DNA of 64,000 nucleotides, from NCBI GenBank assembly GCA_051362555.1, contig CM120646.1:23374001-23438000 (forward strand), given 5' to 3'. Of this stretch, positions 38,001 to 53,000 are shown piece by piece. The notes under the pieces are model-generated. The model worked only from the letters and a program-made list of their open reading frames with translations. It did not search any database and was not told where the DNA came from. This DNA comes from Lingula anatina (taxonomy: Eukaryota > Animalia > Brachiopoda). The translations under genes were made by a program, and so were the position numbers. The first letter of the stretch is position 1; each line of letters opens with the position of its first letter.

Positions 38001-41000
38001 ATTTTAATATAAGCATAATATAAGTAATATGTTATTTCCTTATTCCTCTTTCATTATCATTCATGTTTTATAAATACTTGAATGCTTGAATGCAGATATT
38101 TCAAATTAAAACGTAAGTACATAAATAAATTATACATTTATAAATTAATGCAATAGGAATTTTTTGAGACAGATTGATGCTGACGCTCATGCATTTCAAC
38201 CAAACAAACAATAGTTAGTTCAATTTTTGACTGCGGAAATTTCATATAGGATGAAATAACTGATAACAAATTTAACTAGCAGTTTGTTAGCAACACTAAA
38301 AACCAGCTGCGCGTGCCAAACTAGTGAACAAAAGGACAGTTCGCTTCGCGTGGCACGCCTTAGCATGGGTTTAGCCTCTTCAAGCTATAATCCTATCGCC
38401 GCAACAAACAATAGGGGCCTTCTGGCCGATGTATCCTGCTGTTAAGGGGACAGATAGGGTTAACTACGTTAAAATCATGTTTTTGAGCTTTTTGTGTGTT
38501 TCTATTAATCAAAAAAGTATCTAACGTTGGCTGTAATAATTATTTTGAATTTGCACCGCAAAATGTGTCTTTTGATGAGTTTTTCAACCGGCATGCGCCC
38601 CAGTCAGGCTGACAACTAAGCCACGCCTCTGTTGCTAAGGGCCGTTGCCATGAGGGGGGCGGAGCATAGGTAATGAGTTATAAGCCGATTACGTGTGCGA
38701 TAATAGGTCATAAGTCTTACATCAGCTAAGCAGTGAAGAAGTCGAGTACGCTATGGGGAAGAGAAAAGTTCGTGGCATCCGTCCGGCCCAATGTCTTGCT
38801 TCTGTATAAAAAAATTACAAAAAATGAATGTTATAACCAAGTGATAGAAACTGGATAAAGTCAACTTCTAATAAAAATCTTATTTGACCTTTTAAAAGTC
38901 AGACTCTGTAAAGAAATAGCCCTACACTATTACAAAATACTTTAACCAACACATTTTACACGTTTGTAATAAAAAGTGAAAAACAACATTTTTGTCCTAA
39001 TGTTTTGCAAAGGAACTCATACTGAAGATTGCTATATTAAAAATGACGTGTTTTTTTTTTACCTTCAATGCCCTTGCCCAAGAGCTGTAGTGCATGAAAC
39101 GAATTTTAATATGTGTTTTTCCTTTCATTTTTGCGGCTGTGACTGTATGATCTAATCCTTTTGCGAACTCTTTCCCATCAAACCTAAAAATAAAAGGAAG
39201 GTATGATAAATACGACGCACGTGGTACCTCAACACATCAGACTTATTCATAAGATAACTTCATTCAGTGCCCTGTGTGATCTAGTATTAGACGCAATCCA
39301 CGGTAAAATGCCGACGCAACTTTTACATGCTTCAAAAGATTTGAATAGATACTTTTTTACAATCAACACGTTCGTGGTTTCAAAACTCACCCACACTCAG
39401 CCATTTCACTCAAAAGCCTTCTCTCAGCACCCTGAGCTCAGGGTGTCTCTCAGCCACTTTTATCGCTGATTCTTGTGCAGCTGAGCGTCTCCCCTTTATC
39501 TTAGCTGGCATTTTGAGAAATACTGCTATGAGATAATCGCTGATCTGACGATTACCAAGTGTCGTGCAAAATAATCCTGCAGCGTTACCCGTCAAAAAAA
39601 CTCGTGTTAACACAAGTGACGGACACTTGCTCTCGACACAGTTTTATCTGATCACTTTGCCGATAACAAAGAAGGAATCTCTCAGGTAAAATTACTCGAT
39701 TGCCGAGGAAGAGCCATTGAAACGATCAAATGCAACTTCACACCTCTTAATTGCGGTTAAACGTAATCGCCTTTGTTAGCGCTTCCTTCTACATATCCTT
39801 GACACCCTACGGGGCATCACTAGGCTAGGACCCTCTCCAGAGCTGTCAATCAAAGTGGCGGCACGCTTACATGCCTAACGAGTGGTCGGAAAATGTAACA
39901 AAAGCACGATTTTCTGCCCCTTCAAAGCACCCAAACAAAATATTTTTAGATGACAATAAGCAATGGTTCCATCTGATCGTATAACCGATAACAGGTAAAT
40001 TTGCCAGCTAAGCATTTTGACTAATAAGCCCTGTTAACCAACCTGTGAACGTTTTGGCTGTTTTAACAGCTTTCTATATTGACGAGATAAGTGAATCGCT
40101 GCCGAGTATATCTCACTATCTGAGCAACCGATCGTTACAAAAGTTGCACCTATTGTTGTTAGGAATGTGGACTACAGCATGATATCAGGGGTTTAAGAGG
40201 AAATTGTTTGTTTGAAAGTTATCGCCTTTTAAAGTGAATAACCCATTGAAATATGGGCTGATTTAACGTAAAAGATGATAAAATCAAAAGTAAATAGTTA
40301 AAGACAATTCCCTGGTACCGCGCTGTAGTGCTTTCACCCAGCTTTATGAGGCCTTTTGAATCACTTGAATAGCTGTCTTGGTTATAGAGAAAATCCCAAT
40401 ACCGAAAACGGCATTTTTCCCCTCAAATTGGCGCCAGAGCGTCATCCGTTGGACACTGTACTTAATCCCCGTCTTTAATTGGCCTTTTGGGAAGTTTGTT
40501 TTAATTTTTTATTAAAACTTACAAGCCCAGGGCTTTGTTTCTATGACTTTGGTCCTTTTACTATAAGTCCCCTTAATTACACCTAGTTACAGCGGATTGT
40601 CACGCTTGCGCTGGGCCACAGAAACCGGCGTCATGGGGTTCACTCGTATTAATTATTGTGTTATTCCACCTAAGCTATTGTGTTTGTACGTTCGAATTTT
40701 GAAGGGATTTATACGGCCCTCCATTGTTTGTCCGCCCCCTTCTATTCACAAGATAGGGATTAAAACATTTCGAACGTTGTTACACCGGTGTACAACGGAA
40801 ACAAAATTATTCCGACCACTGTAAGGAGAAATTTGAGCTGACAGTCATAAGATTATGTATGTGTGCATTTATTCCATCTAACGTAAGAAGATTAGATACA
40901 ATTATAACGTCAGAAAATACAATTGAGGGAGTGTGATAATGATAGGGTCGCTAAACGAATTTGACGGAATATAGTGACTAGTCTAATCCTCTTGTCGCCT

Positions 41001-44000
41001 GGTTAGGCACGCCTCCTTAGAGTACTTATGTAAACAAAAGGTCTTCCATAGAGAACTATCCTTTTGTTCAACAGCTTCGCGCGTGCAGCGGATTATGTAT
41101 ATAGTGACGCTATACAGCTAACTGCAGTTAAATCTGTGAAAGCTGTTATTTAATTTATTCTGCTGTGTCGGACGTTGTGGGCCAGCCCAATGGTTCATTC
41201 ACTCATTCTTTTCTGAAGATTGGTGATGCATATTTTGAATGCTTAATTATTTGCCCTCCTTCTTACAAGAGAAAGGAAAAGGGGAGAGAAACAGAGACAG
41301 TGTCAAATAAAAAGGGTAAAGAGTAATATAATACATTAATTAAAGGGACTCGCGGTAGGAGAAACGATAGACTGTTTTGCATCAAGGTATGCAATTATAA
41401 TCCCACATGGCCATCGCATATACGGCCGTAGTTTAAATACATTACTCATAGTTGTATTAAATTACATTATTTTGCTGAATAGACATACATTTTAAAGTTG
41501 GTCTTTCAGGAAATCGTTTTGTTTGAAATAACGCAAACGACAGAGGTGAAATCACATATAAATTTATTCTGAAATAAAATGTTTCGCTAGATCGTGTTTA
41601 CACTCAGCGAAATGCACATAGTGATTATATTCAATGTGTCATCATTTAATTGCTTTCTCGGTTTAATTAATTGACGATAATAATTGCAGTAAGCAGGAAG
41701 GAGGAAATGCTGAAGACAAAACAACGCCGTGGGTATGTGTGACTTTCTCCCTTAACATTTTCTATGATGCTGTCAAAGGAAAAATAACCGAGATAGCGAT
41801 CATTTAAACCGCTGCTGTTTACAGGTGGACTTCTTCGTTTATCATTTAAATGCCCCCTCCCCCAGCAGACCCAACTTGAGGAATGCCATTGTAGCTACAG
41901 TACACTGTATATCAAACTCCGGTCCAAGTTATGAACGTTTTTAAATATCGATTACAACATGCTGTACAATGACTGAGTCGTGAAAGGGGTATTGGACTTC
42001 TTTACGTTAAAAACAAATTCATTTCGAAATCAAAAGAGCATTTTTTTTGGGGGGGGAGGGGGGGCGTGGGGGGAGGTAAATAGTAACTCATTCCGTAATC
42101 CTTCTTGCACATTTATTTAATCGTATCAAAACGTTTGATATACAATGTTCACTAGTGTCATGATTTTGGCGATTTATTAAAACCATATTTGTACAAAATA
42201 GGTTAGCATAAGTTAGGCAAAAACCAGTGTGAAGAACAACTCCCTTTTTAAGTGAGGCAAGACAACCTATTCAAACTGATTATAACCTTGATAAAGACAC
42301 AAGGCAAAGGAGTTATGTAAACTAGCGTGTGAAAACACATTCTTTGTCACTGTTACAAGACAATGGAGGCGACCAAGTGGAGTAATTACAATATACCCTT
42401 GTACAGTCAAAGAGAAATTAGTTATGCCAGCTTACTTCGGGTCAGCCCTTAATTTGCTTGTTCGAAAGAAAGAGATAGATGTCGCAACGCGAATCCTTTT
42501 AAGGCCGGTGATAGTAAAAGGACCAAAGTCATAGAAACAAAGCCCTGGGCTTATAAGTTTTTATAAAAAATTAAAACAAACTTCCCAAAAGGCCAATTAA
42601 AGACGGGGATTAAGTACAGTGTCCAACGGATGACGCTCTGGCGCCAATTTGAGGGGAAAAATGCCGTTTTCGGTATTGGGATTTTCTCTATAACCAAGAC
42701 AGCTATTCAAGTGATTCAAAAGGCCTCATAAAGCTGGGTGAAAGCACATCAGCGCGGTACCAGGGAATTGTCTTAAACTATTTACTTTTGATTTTATCAT
42801 CTTTTACGTTAAATTACCCCATATTTCAATGGCTCATTCACTTCAAAAGGCGATATCTTTCAAACAAACAATTTTCTCTTAAACCCCTGATATCATGCTG
42901 TAGTCCACATTCCTAACAACAATAGGTGCAACTTTTGTAACGATCGGTTGCTCAGATAGTGAGATATACTTGGCAGCGATTCACTTATCTCGTCAATATA
43001 GAAAGCTGTTAAAACAGCCAAAAACGTTCACAGGTTGGTTAACAGGGCTTATTAGTCAAATGCTTAGCTGGCAAATTTACCTGTTATCGGTTATACGATC
43101 AGCTGGAACCATTGCTTATTGTCATCTAAAAATATTTTGTTTGGGTGCTTTGAAGGGGCAGAAAATCGTGCTTTTGTTACATTTTCCGACCACTCGTTAG
43201 GCATGTAAGCGTGCCGCCATTTTGATTGACAGCTCTGGAGAGGGCCCTAGCCTTGTGATGCCCAGTAGGGTGTCAAGGATATGTAGAAGGAAGCGCTAAC
43301 AAAGGCGATTACGTTTAACCGCAATTAAGAGGTGTGAAGTTGCATTTGAACGTTTCAATGGCTCTTCCTCGGCAATCGAGTAATTTTACCTGAGAGATTC
43401 CTTCTTTGTTATCGGCAAAGTGATCAGATAAAACTGTGTCGAGAGCAAGTGTCCGTCACTTGTGTTGATACGAGTTTTTTGACGGGTAACGCTGCAGGAT
43501 TATTTTGCACGGCACTTGGTAGTCGTCAGATCAACGGAAAAATCCAGTGATTACTTCAGAGCGGTCTCGCTCAAAATGCCAGCTAAGATAAAGGGGAGAC
43601 GCTCAGCTGCACAAGATTCAGCGGTAAAAGTGGCTGAGAGAAGGCTTTTGAATAAATATTTTATTTTTACACACATGACACTTAGACCCTATTTGCTTTT
43701 TACCTGCTAGCCTTGACTATTCTCGGGGTCTTTTTGTGATTTTCATTTTTGGACACTTGAACTCTTTCTTCCCGCTTGATCAGTGATTTTGAAATTGTTT
43801 TTCTCCAAATATCGCAAAATGCAAAGCCGCTAACATGCGTTTTTATTTTTATTGTTTTAATCATGCTGTCAACCTTTGCTTGGATTTCTCTTGTTTGGCC
43901 ATTCAAATCACAATTTTTCGCGTGTCTCTCAAGCTCCATGATATCATATCTTGGAGAATAAAATTTTATTTTGTCAACATTAGATTTACCTTTTGCAAAC

Positions 44001-47000
44001 GGCGACCAACAATCATTTCCGGTTTCGTAACGTGTCGCAGATACGCTCGACGATATATATCGCAAAAATTAAAGGCTAGGCTAAAAGTATCCTTTTTTAG
44101 CTTTTTTTATTTATGTTTTTATCGATTTTTCTTTCATTTGTCAATTAATTTAGACGTTTCGATTAACTCTTTCACCCATTTATTAGGTATACAGAAATCA
44201 GTCATCCGACTGAACAAATAGGGCCGGTTTTCCCCAACCGCCACGCATAGGCCTTACTCTCAAAATTTTCCTTCTTTCCTCTGGAAAGGGACTTTTAACA
44301 CGAACTTTTCTCTTCCCCATAGTGTACTAGCTAGACTTCTTCGCTGCTAAGCTGATGTAAGACTTATGACCTATTACCGCACACGTAATCGGCTTATAAC
44401 TCATTAACTGTGCTCCGACCCCCTCATGGCAACAGCCCTTAGTAACAGAGGCGTGGCTTAGTTGTCAGCCTGACTGGGGCGCGTGCCGGTTGAAAAACTC
44501 ATCAAAAGACGCATTTTGCGATGCAAATTCATAAAAATTATTACATCCAACGTTAGATACTTTTTTGATTAATATAAACACACAAAAAACTCAAAAACAC
44601 GATTTTAAGCGTACTTAACCCTATCACCGACCTTAATAACCCTTCATGGGTTTGTGTAAAAGTGTGAAAGACAGGCAACGATCTCGAGTCGCTGTACATG
44701 TTGATATTGTTCGCAATTAATATTGGAGTATACCGCCTACATGTAAACATCAGACAAGGCGTTGAGATCGATAAAAGTGGAGGTTTATCTGAAAAATTAG
44801 ATGCCATTTTTGTGAAATGACTTATTAAATGATGTGCATGTACCTAACATGTTTAAATTCTTGATTCTTATTATTTGAAACATCTTCATACACGGCCTCA
44901 TATTTATATTTCTCTCAGGCCATACTCATTTGCTTGTATAACATGGGACTCTAAAGCACAGGGCATTGTGAAAGTTAATTGTCTACAGAGACTTGTTATC
45001 CTTCATGTATTTATATAGCGTGGATGAACTAGAAACATGCTTTACTTAGCTTTACTTAAATTGACTTGATGTTAACCTAACACTGGTTTTAAAAGAAGAA
45101 ATATTAATATGTTCGATGGATTAAATCACCGACACCGTTCTATTTTAACTTGGTCAAATACACGGTAACACAGATAATATTTATAAGTTGTCTGTCGTTC
45201 AGCACGCATTATAGGCGAGTAGCCAAACAGTGACGATGATAATCCAAGTAAAATTTAGGCATGTGTTGTTTACAAAATAGATCATGATGAATAAACCTAC
45301 GCTTTAATAAACAATCACCACACGGTTCTGTTTTTGTCACTTAAAAGCTTTCGTTTAAAGACGCTCAATGATATCAAAAATGATTCGACCCTGTAAAAAT
45401 GGACCGGTTCAAGGGGCATTTTTTGTTTCAGCTAGGGGGATTTCAGGAAGAGGATTCAGTGTAGGTGTTTCCTCGGATGATAGCAGCATCACACCCTAGG
45501 TCTAAGCCAGTTGACTAGAAGCTTTTTGTCCAACCATCCTATTCCTTCTACTAAACTTATTAACTCTAAACCACAAAGGTTTATGCGGTAAAAATATTTA
45601 AACTAAATGAGGTGTATTGACAGAGGCACAAGTACAATCCAACGCCAACGTGCAACAGGGGAAAGTCTGTCAGTGTATTACATAATATATGAAAGTGCGG
45701 TCAATATTAACAGTGTAAGACATCAGTTAAAGAGGAGGGGGTCTTACTATCTTTTGTTAAACGCGAGTGTTATTATCTCTCGAACAAGCTTAAACCATGC
45801 CTTATACAATTACTGTGTCTCCGACTGTCGTGCAGAAACGGCATGTCGAACATATTTTGCTACAGTTACAAACAGGGCAAACTAGCGACTTGTTCTAGAT
45901 CGCTCTAGTAAGAAAGCATAAGTGCGGCGCCCGGGCAAAACAATCAACTACCCGGTATAACATTCATATCTTAGCGTTTACATATGACGCGCAAAGAGCT
46001 AAGTACATATGACGCGCAATGAGCTAAGCAATTAGCCTTAACAAAGTGGTCCGTTTTAAAACAACAACGAGAAAAAAAGAACGCCTTGTCATAGTTATGA
46101 GACAAATCGCTTGCAACGTGCAACAAGGGGGATGGCTGACACTGTGGTCACACTACATGTTTATGTACGTTGAATTAACAGTCTTAGACATCGCCCAAAG
46201 AGGCAGGACTTACTATAGCCCTCAATCTATTGTTAAACGCGATCATTATCTGTTCTCATGCAACCTTAAACAAAACCTAAGCAATAAGATTGTTAAATCA
46301 GATAAGTGATGTAAAATCATATAGGAAATTTACGTTAACGACGGAGACTTTCATTCGCAAAGTTAATGAAACAAGACTGGTCCAAGTTAACTGCCCATAT
46401 TGAATAAATCTTAGGCTGATAAACCTAAAGCCCTGCTTTACTTTGGTAATAGTTAATTAGTAAGCTAGGTTTATTCACATCACTTATGCTGCAAACAACC
46501 CATTTTGAACGCAATCGTCATCGCTCCAGAACAACCTGAAATCATGCCTATACAATATTTGGAGATGCACGTCGAGTAAAAGATTCAACACCTGGGTGCC
46601 CAGCACTATTATGAAAAGGAAAAATGACTTGATGTTTCATGCACAATCATCATCGAAAGCCTAATATCATTATGCTTCGTGCGCAGTCGATTTTTATCAG
46701 AATAAAAAGTGTGTTTTATACAAGCAAAATCTAACTTTCATTTATAACTGTTACTGAACAGCGAAGAGTTACATACACCCGGTTATAAATTTACAAATGT
46801 AATTATGAGGCTAATTTCTCTAATGTGGAATGAAATATTTTGTTGGCTTTCAAATGATAGGACACTCACTTTAATCTTAAAAGAAATTAGTTTATATGCT
46901 CGTTCCCCTAACGCGCGTGCAAAAAAGTCCCATCAAATAAACAGATACATATCTGTCTATACTGGCAACTAGTGAAAATCTATCTGTGGCCCTGATAATG

Positions 47001-50000
47001 GGTAGACTTCACAGCGATTATTAAATCAAAATTTATTTATGAAATTATTTAAAATAATTTATCTTTTATTTAATGATTTATACCATCTAATTTCTATCTA
47101 TCTTTTTTATTTGATTCTTAATGTCATCTTATTATTTACTTTAATACTGCTTTAAAGTATTATATTTCTTGCAAACTTTTCCATTTAGCCTTTAAAAATA
47201 TGAGAAAGAAAAAGTGTTGTCATTTCTTCTCACAATTCTAAATAAATAGAATACCTATCCTTGTTGTTTTTCAAGCTATCAGGATAACTTTAAAACGACA
47301 AATGAACAATTAAATAAACAAACAAATCCAATTAAATAACTCTTGTCATTTGTCATGCACTGAATTTCACTCTCCTGATGTTCAGATCCTCCGCTGGTCA
47401 CAAAGATATAAGAATATTCTTTCGCTGATTCTACCTTGTGTGCCATCTAGCTGCCTTTTGTACCTGTCACCTTTTTTTTTTTTTTTGATAATCAAGATTT
47501 ACTTGCACCCAATCATTCAGTGTGGCTTGGTGGGAAAATGCAAGATCAATTTCCTTAATGTAAATTAACAAAAAAAGGTAACAACAGTTATTTTCATTCA
47601 TATTGTAACTTGAAATACAGTAGGAGAACACAGAATTTAACATTTTTCAAATTCATTTCATTAAGTTATATGTCAATTAATTGACACCTGAGCTAGAATA
47701 TATACTTACAAAACAGATTTACTCTTAACACTACACCAAATCTAAAATCAAGCCACTAACTTCCAAATACACATGACACAGGTAATTGATTTAATTGGCC
47801 CAGCTGAGCTGTGTACAAATGTACATTGTACTGTAGCCTTGACACTAATTGACAATAATGCTAACCAGGTATTAAAGAGGTAGATGACAGCAGATAAAAT
47901 CCGAAGAGCACCATAACTGATAATAAATTACACCAAAGGCAATGAAGTGAGTCTTCATAATGAAAGTCGAAACCTTGCCTGGGTATTTCCACAGGTTTGT
48001 ACAACACACTCTCCACACTAACTTTTTGGGCACTAGTAACATGCAGTGTACGTGCGCTCCAAACTTATACACCTCGGTCTTTGGTTTTCTACTGTTTTTT
48101 TTTTTTTTATTATTTTATTTTATTTTATTTTATTTTATTTTTATTTATTTTTTTTTATGGTAAAGGCTGCACAGCTGGGTCTTCATTCTTGGCTGTAAAA
48201 TAAATTAGTTTTATCCTTTACTTGTCCGATGAGTCTTGATTCAGAGCCACTCCTCGGTCTCTCCTCCGTTTACGATTTTCGTTCTTACACCTTGGATTGT
48301 TACCACTGCAGGCAGTCTGTGAACGCTTGTTAAGTTAGTTATCTTCTCTCTATCATATACCCTGCAGTAATAATTAATTTACTCGGTTTAATATCAAAGA
48401 AAACACAGAAATAAAATACTAAATTGTACATGTAGACATGATCATGCGCAGCAGACGATTCCGGTCTCCCTCCAGTATGGCTGCCGTTTGTTTTGATGAC
48501 GAGGGCTACAATGGGTTAATACCTAGCATTGCCATGCTGGAAACAGCAGAGGACTACCATGACCCCTGTGGCGCGCGGTTCCTGTCATGCGCACTTCATA
48601 TTTCCGCAAAAGATGAAAAAGGTCTATACTCTAGATCTGAAAACAATGTATCAAGAATCATCCGGTATCTATATGGCAATGTAAATTTATGTGTGCATGA
48701 ATTGAGAGGAGTCTCTGAGGCTAATTTGATGTCAGCAATTTCGTGATTTCTTAAATTACAACAGAAATAGTTGTTCGTTGAAAATGTCATTTTATTGACA
48801 TGTGTACTGTACGTTGATTAATGCACAAATTGCGAATTCAAAATACATATAGTTATATATTACCATATGAATGATACTTATGTTTGGTAAATTACACTTA
48901 CAAGTTTAAGATATAGTTTTAAGTTTCAGCAAAGATGGGGGGGAAAAAGGAACACAAATGGCAGTGTTTTTTATAAGGAGATTCACGTTCTAAAGTCGGC
49001 CTAGGCTGAGAGCGAGTTGCGCAACCCCTACCTTTTTAGGACGGGGACCTAGGTTTCCTCATTGCTCTGACAGCCCAATCATAGAGTTGTCTCTCTTGGC
49101 CATATTTGCCCTGCATAGTAAATTTACCTAACTATAGTTTTAAAGTAATAATCTCACATGTATGATATGTATCAATAAACATATGATAACCAGATAATCT
49201 TAAATGACTTAAATGTGCCAAACGAGTTAAAGCTAATTATCATCAATACAACCATGCTACATTTAGCCAATGCTCAAATCTGCTTCATTCTGATCAAAGA
49301 GATGTCTCTCTTGGCCTTAGTACCACTGTCCAATTAGGTTGCACCCCCTAATTCTGTCTCACATGTGCCTCTTGGAAGTAATTAAGTCTAAGTGTGAAAT
49401 ACAAAGAGGAGGCATCTTGACTGAAATTAGAGAAGAAACATCTGGAGCTTGTTTTATAAGAGCCAAGCTCCTTGGGAAGTTTGCCTAACGTTGATAATCT
49501 CATCTCACATGAATCCTTTTATTGTGCCCAATAAATTATACTTACCAAGTAGACTAATAGACAGGAAGAACATAAACTCTTTTGGTGTACAGGGGGATTA
49601 TTCGTATATTCCTAATTCTAAAATAATTAAATTCTACAAGGTTGTGGACGCAATACAGCGCAGTAGACCTACTGCAATCACACTGAAAGCATACCTCAAA
49701 TGTGCTCCTACTTAAGGTATGGATGAGGTATAAATTTGTAATGCTGTATGAAACGCCCTAAAGAAAATATTTAAAAACATCCCTCCATACGTACGCGTTT
49801 GGTTCATACTAGGACCCAATAATCAGTATGAGATAATTGTCTACTTTTTCCACAACTATATATGTGTATTTTTAAACTTTTTAATTCATAGTCGAGAATG
49901 ACACTAAGACACAGACATACACCTGTTTTGCACCTGTGCTTTATGGAAAATAAACGTTAAGAGTATAATTGTCATATTTTTGGGCAAATCAGGGAGCAAT

Positions 50001-53000
50001 TACGGCAAACACACTAGAGAAAAACAAAAATTGCTTTTCCTCGCATATTTCGATGAGGAAAAGAAACGGGTTGTAGTGGGTTACTATCGTGTCCTTTTCA
50101 ACTTCAGTACTATGAGTTATCACGTGAACTATACAAGTCGTTCAATAATCTGGATTTAAAGACCAGAAACACACTCTACACTTTTCATAAAACAACATTG
50201 TGTAAAGAAATCCTGTCATCTGAGAATGTAATAACAGATGATATGGTTTCCTTCACACTCACATTCTAGCGTGTACCTGTAGTTCCTTATTTAGATTTGG
50301 CACAGGGACTTAGCGTAAATAGTTCAGATTCCCATTAATGACGCAATGACCCCGTCACATGAATATTAAATGAGTCTAATTAAATAAGCTATATCTGGTC
50401 CCCACTTTTTTGGCGTGTAACTCACGAAAAATGGCTTCATGTCATCGCTGTTAAATTACATTAAAACCCATGTGTTATTTAAACACCTCATATGTATATT
50501 AAGGTTATTTTAACTCTTTCTTATCATCCAAATACCGAAAACTAATTATTGAATAATGCATCTTTCTTTGTGCTAATTTAAAACAATGAAAAAGCCCTCA
50601 AAAAAATATCGGCATTTATATTTTTTTTGTTGTAATGTATAAGCAACTCAAAAGCTCTAATCGTCAATTTAACACCTTCCTATTTTGACGTGAGATGGCA
50701 ATCGGTATGGGGCAAAACTTCACCTCTGAACAAGATTTTATCCAAAAAAAAATGGCAGAATTGTCTTACAGAGTATAGACTACAATCTCGTGACATCATT
50801 TTGGATTGAATGTTTGTTGTGGAGTTATGAGCCCCTAATTAAAGATTTTCATTAAACACAATAATAAGATCTGAATTAAGACTTTTAAGAAAAATCGCTG
50901 GCAGAGTTTTGGAGTACTATAAACAGTGTCATTAAATTGGGGTTAAAACGGTTATCGTAGGTGCTCAGTTTTGGGCATAAAATTATATGACAATTCAGTT
51001 TAGCTAAATGATCTGACTTAATTCTTTTACAATGAATCACAGAACTGGAAGAAAAAGCATTTTATTAAGTTGTCTTTGTTTTTTATTATTCCCTCTTACC
51101 GAAATATCAGAATATATTGCTATCATCCTATTTTGATAATTAATACACCTATTTTTAGATCCGTCAGTACCAACAGATTTTAAACAGACATGGTCAGAGG
51201 AGAACAAAAAAAGGCAATCAACATCATTTAAGGTGAAATGGGACACACCAAGAGAAGATATCAAGCACTTTGAAATCATCTGTGACGCTGATGGAGTTGG
51301 ACGTATTCCTGTAATTGTCGAGTCCAGAAGACGGACTGCTGAAATACGTGGATTACAGGCTGGAAATGAATACAACTGCAGCGTTTCAGCTATTTTGTTC
51401 AATGGACAAAGAAGTGAAAGTGCTACGTGTGTAGCTTACACAGGTATCTACATTTTTGGTTTTAGAATTTCCATTTCGTCAGAAAATAAAAAACGGCCGT
51501 TTTTCATTTCCATTTGATAGAAATTGCCAACATGTAATGAAAAATGAAACTCGATTTTCGTTTTTCCATTTAAAATGAAAAACGGAAAAACGGGAATTGC
51601 CCTCGTTTTCTATATTTTCCCATAAAATGCAAAATACAACATCAACAGATCCCCGATGTGATAGAAAATATGAATATCGACCATTTTCGTGCTTTCTTGT
51701 GTTTAAAAGGTGAAATAAATTATAAAATACCCATTTGCAGGGGTATCTCTGTCTTTGAGGAAATGACAGGATCAAAAAGTGTTCATTATTGAATTTTCGA
51801 TACAAATAGAAAAACGGAAGTCCGTTCATTTTTCTGATTTTAATTTTATGAATGAAAATGGAAAAACGGACGTGGATATTTCGATATTCCATTTCTTCAC
51901 AGAAGGAGAAAGGGTCGTATTTTCTAATACTTTTCAATCTCTAGACATGGGAAATCAATAGTCTAGTGGGATTTCCACAAAATATGAATAGTAAGGGCAT
52001 TTTGGGGTAAAAGTTGGGAACCAGGCTTATTGGCATAATTTTAACATGCTGAATCCGATTAACCCGGTTGCCAAGCGAAATTTTGCGTTTTTAACTGTCT
52101 AATTTGCAAAAAAGCAAAATGACTACCAGATTTTCAATTTTTTGCAATATCTCTGTAACTAGACGGGAGAATATGACAAATGAAGTGTCTTTACCTATAT
52201 TTGCAGGGTCGAGGAACATTATTAAGATGTTTCTGTTAGAATTAGATTTACAGAATTTCCCTAAATATGCACATTAGGACCGCCATTACTGAAAAAAGTT
52301 TTACTTCTGTATCTCTTTAATTTGGCAAGCAAAAGTGACACATGGAGTGCCCACACGAATGTTTTCAGGGTCAGAGAAAGTGGTCAGAGAAAGTGCTACA
52401 CTGTCACACTGTAACAATTATTCGAATCTGAATTGAATTTGGAAATTAAATACTGCGCTGCCATTGGGATGCCAATTGGATCACACAACTGCCCTGTTGC
52501 CTAGATTTGAAAACAGTGATTCCCTTTTTAATGCAATGGAGGGATTTGCTGAATCAAGTAATCCATGTGATGCAATGTACAGACTTGACATTTACAATGG
52601 ATTTTTTTCAAACATATTTTCTTTGATTTTTTTATTGATTTATATTAGCAATGAATTAAAATAACACTTGTTTTCATGTTCGATATAGCTTTAATAAATC
52701 AAGCCAATGAATACATTACAAATTTAATTAAAATACATATTCAGATCAGCGTTATAAACAGCACATGGATAATTTCATAGCTGATAACAATGAGGTATTG
52801 AATTCTTATGAACTCAATATTATCAAGAATATCAGTTGGTAAGGATTTTCTCTTACACAAAGAATCACCGAGACAAATTTAAAAAAATTGAAGCGGATAA
52901 CAACGCGTGCAGTCTCTTATAGCTGCAAACATAGACCTTACTCGACGAGGCTCTCCTGCAGAAAGGTTTCTGAGAGTTCCACGCATTAGTCAGAGCTTGT

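Noticed and set aside
48438-48790. 102-aa ORF
   Set aside because: No domain similarity and no phase-1 splice sites linking it to the HEPN-FN3 gene.
51479-51961. 152-aa F/K/N-rich ORF
   Set aside because: Translation of A/T-tract subterminal repeats of a foldback element.
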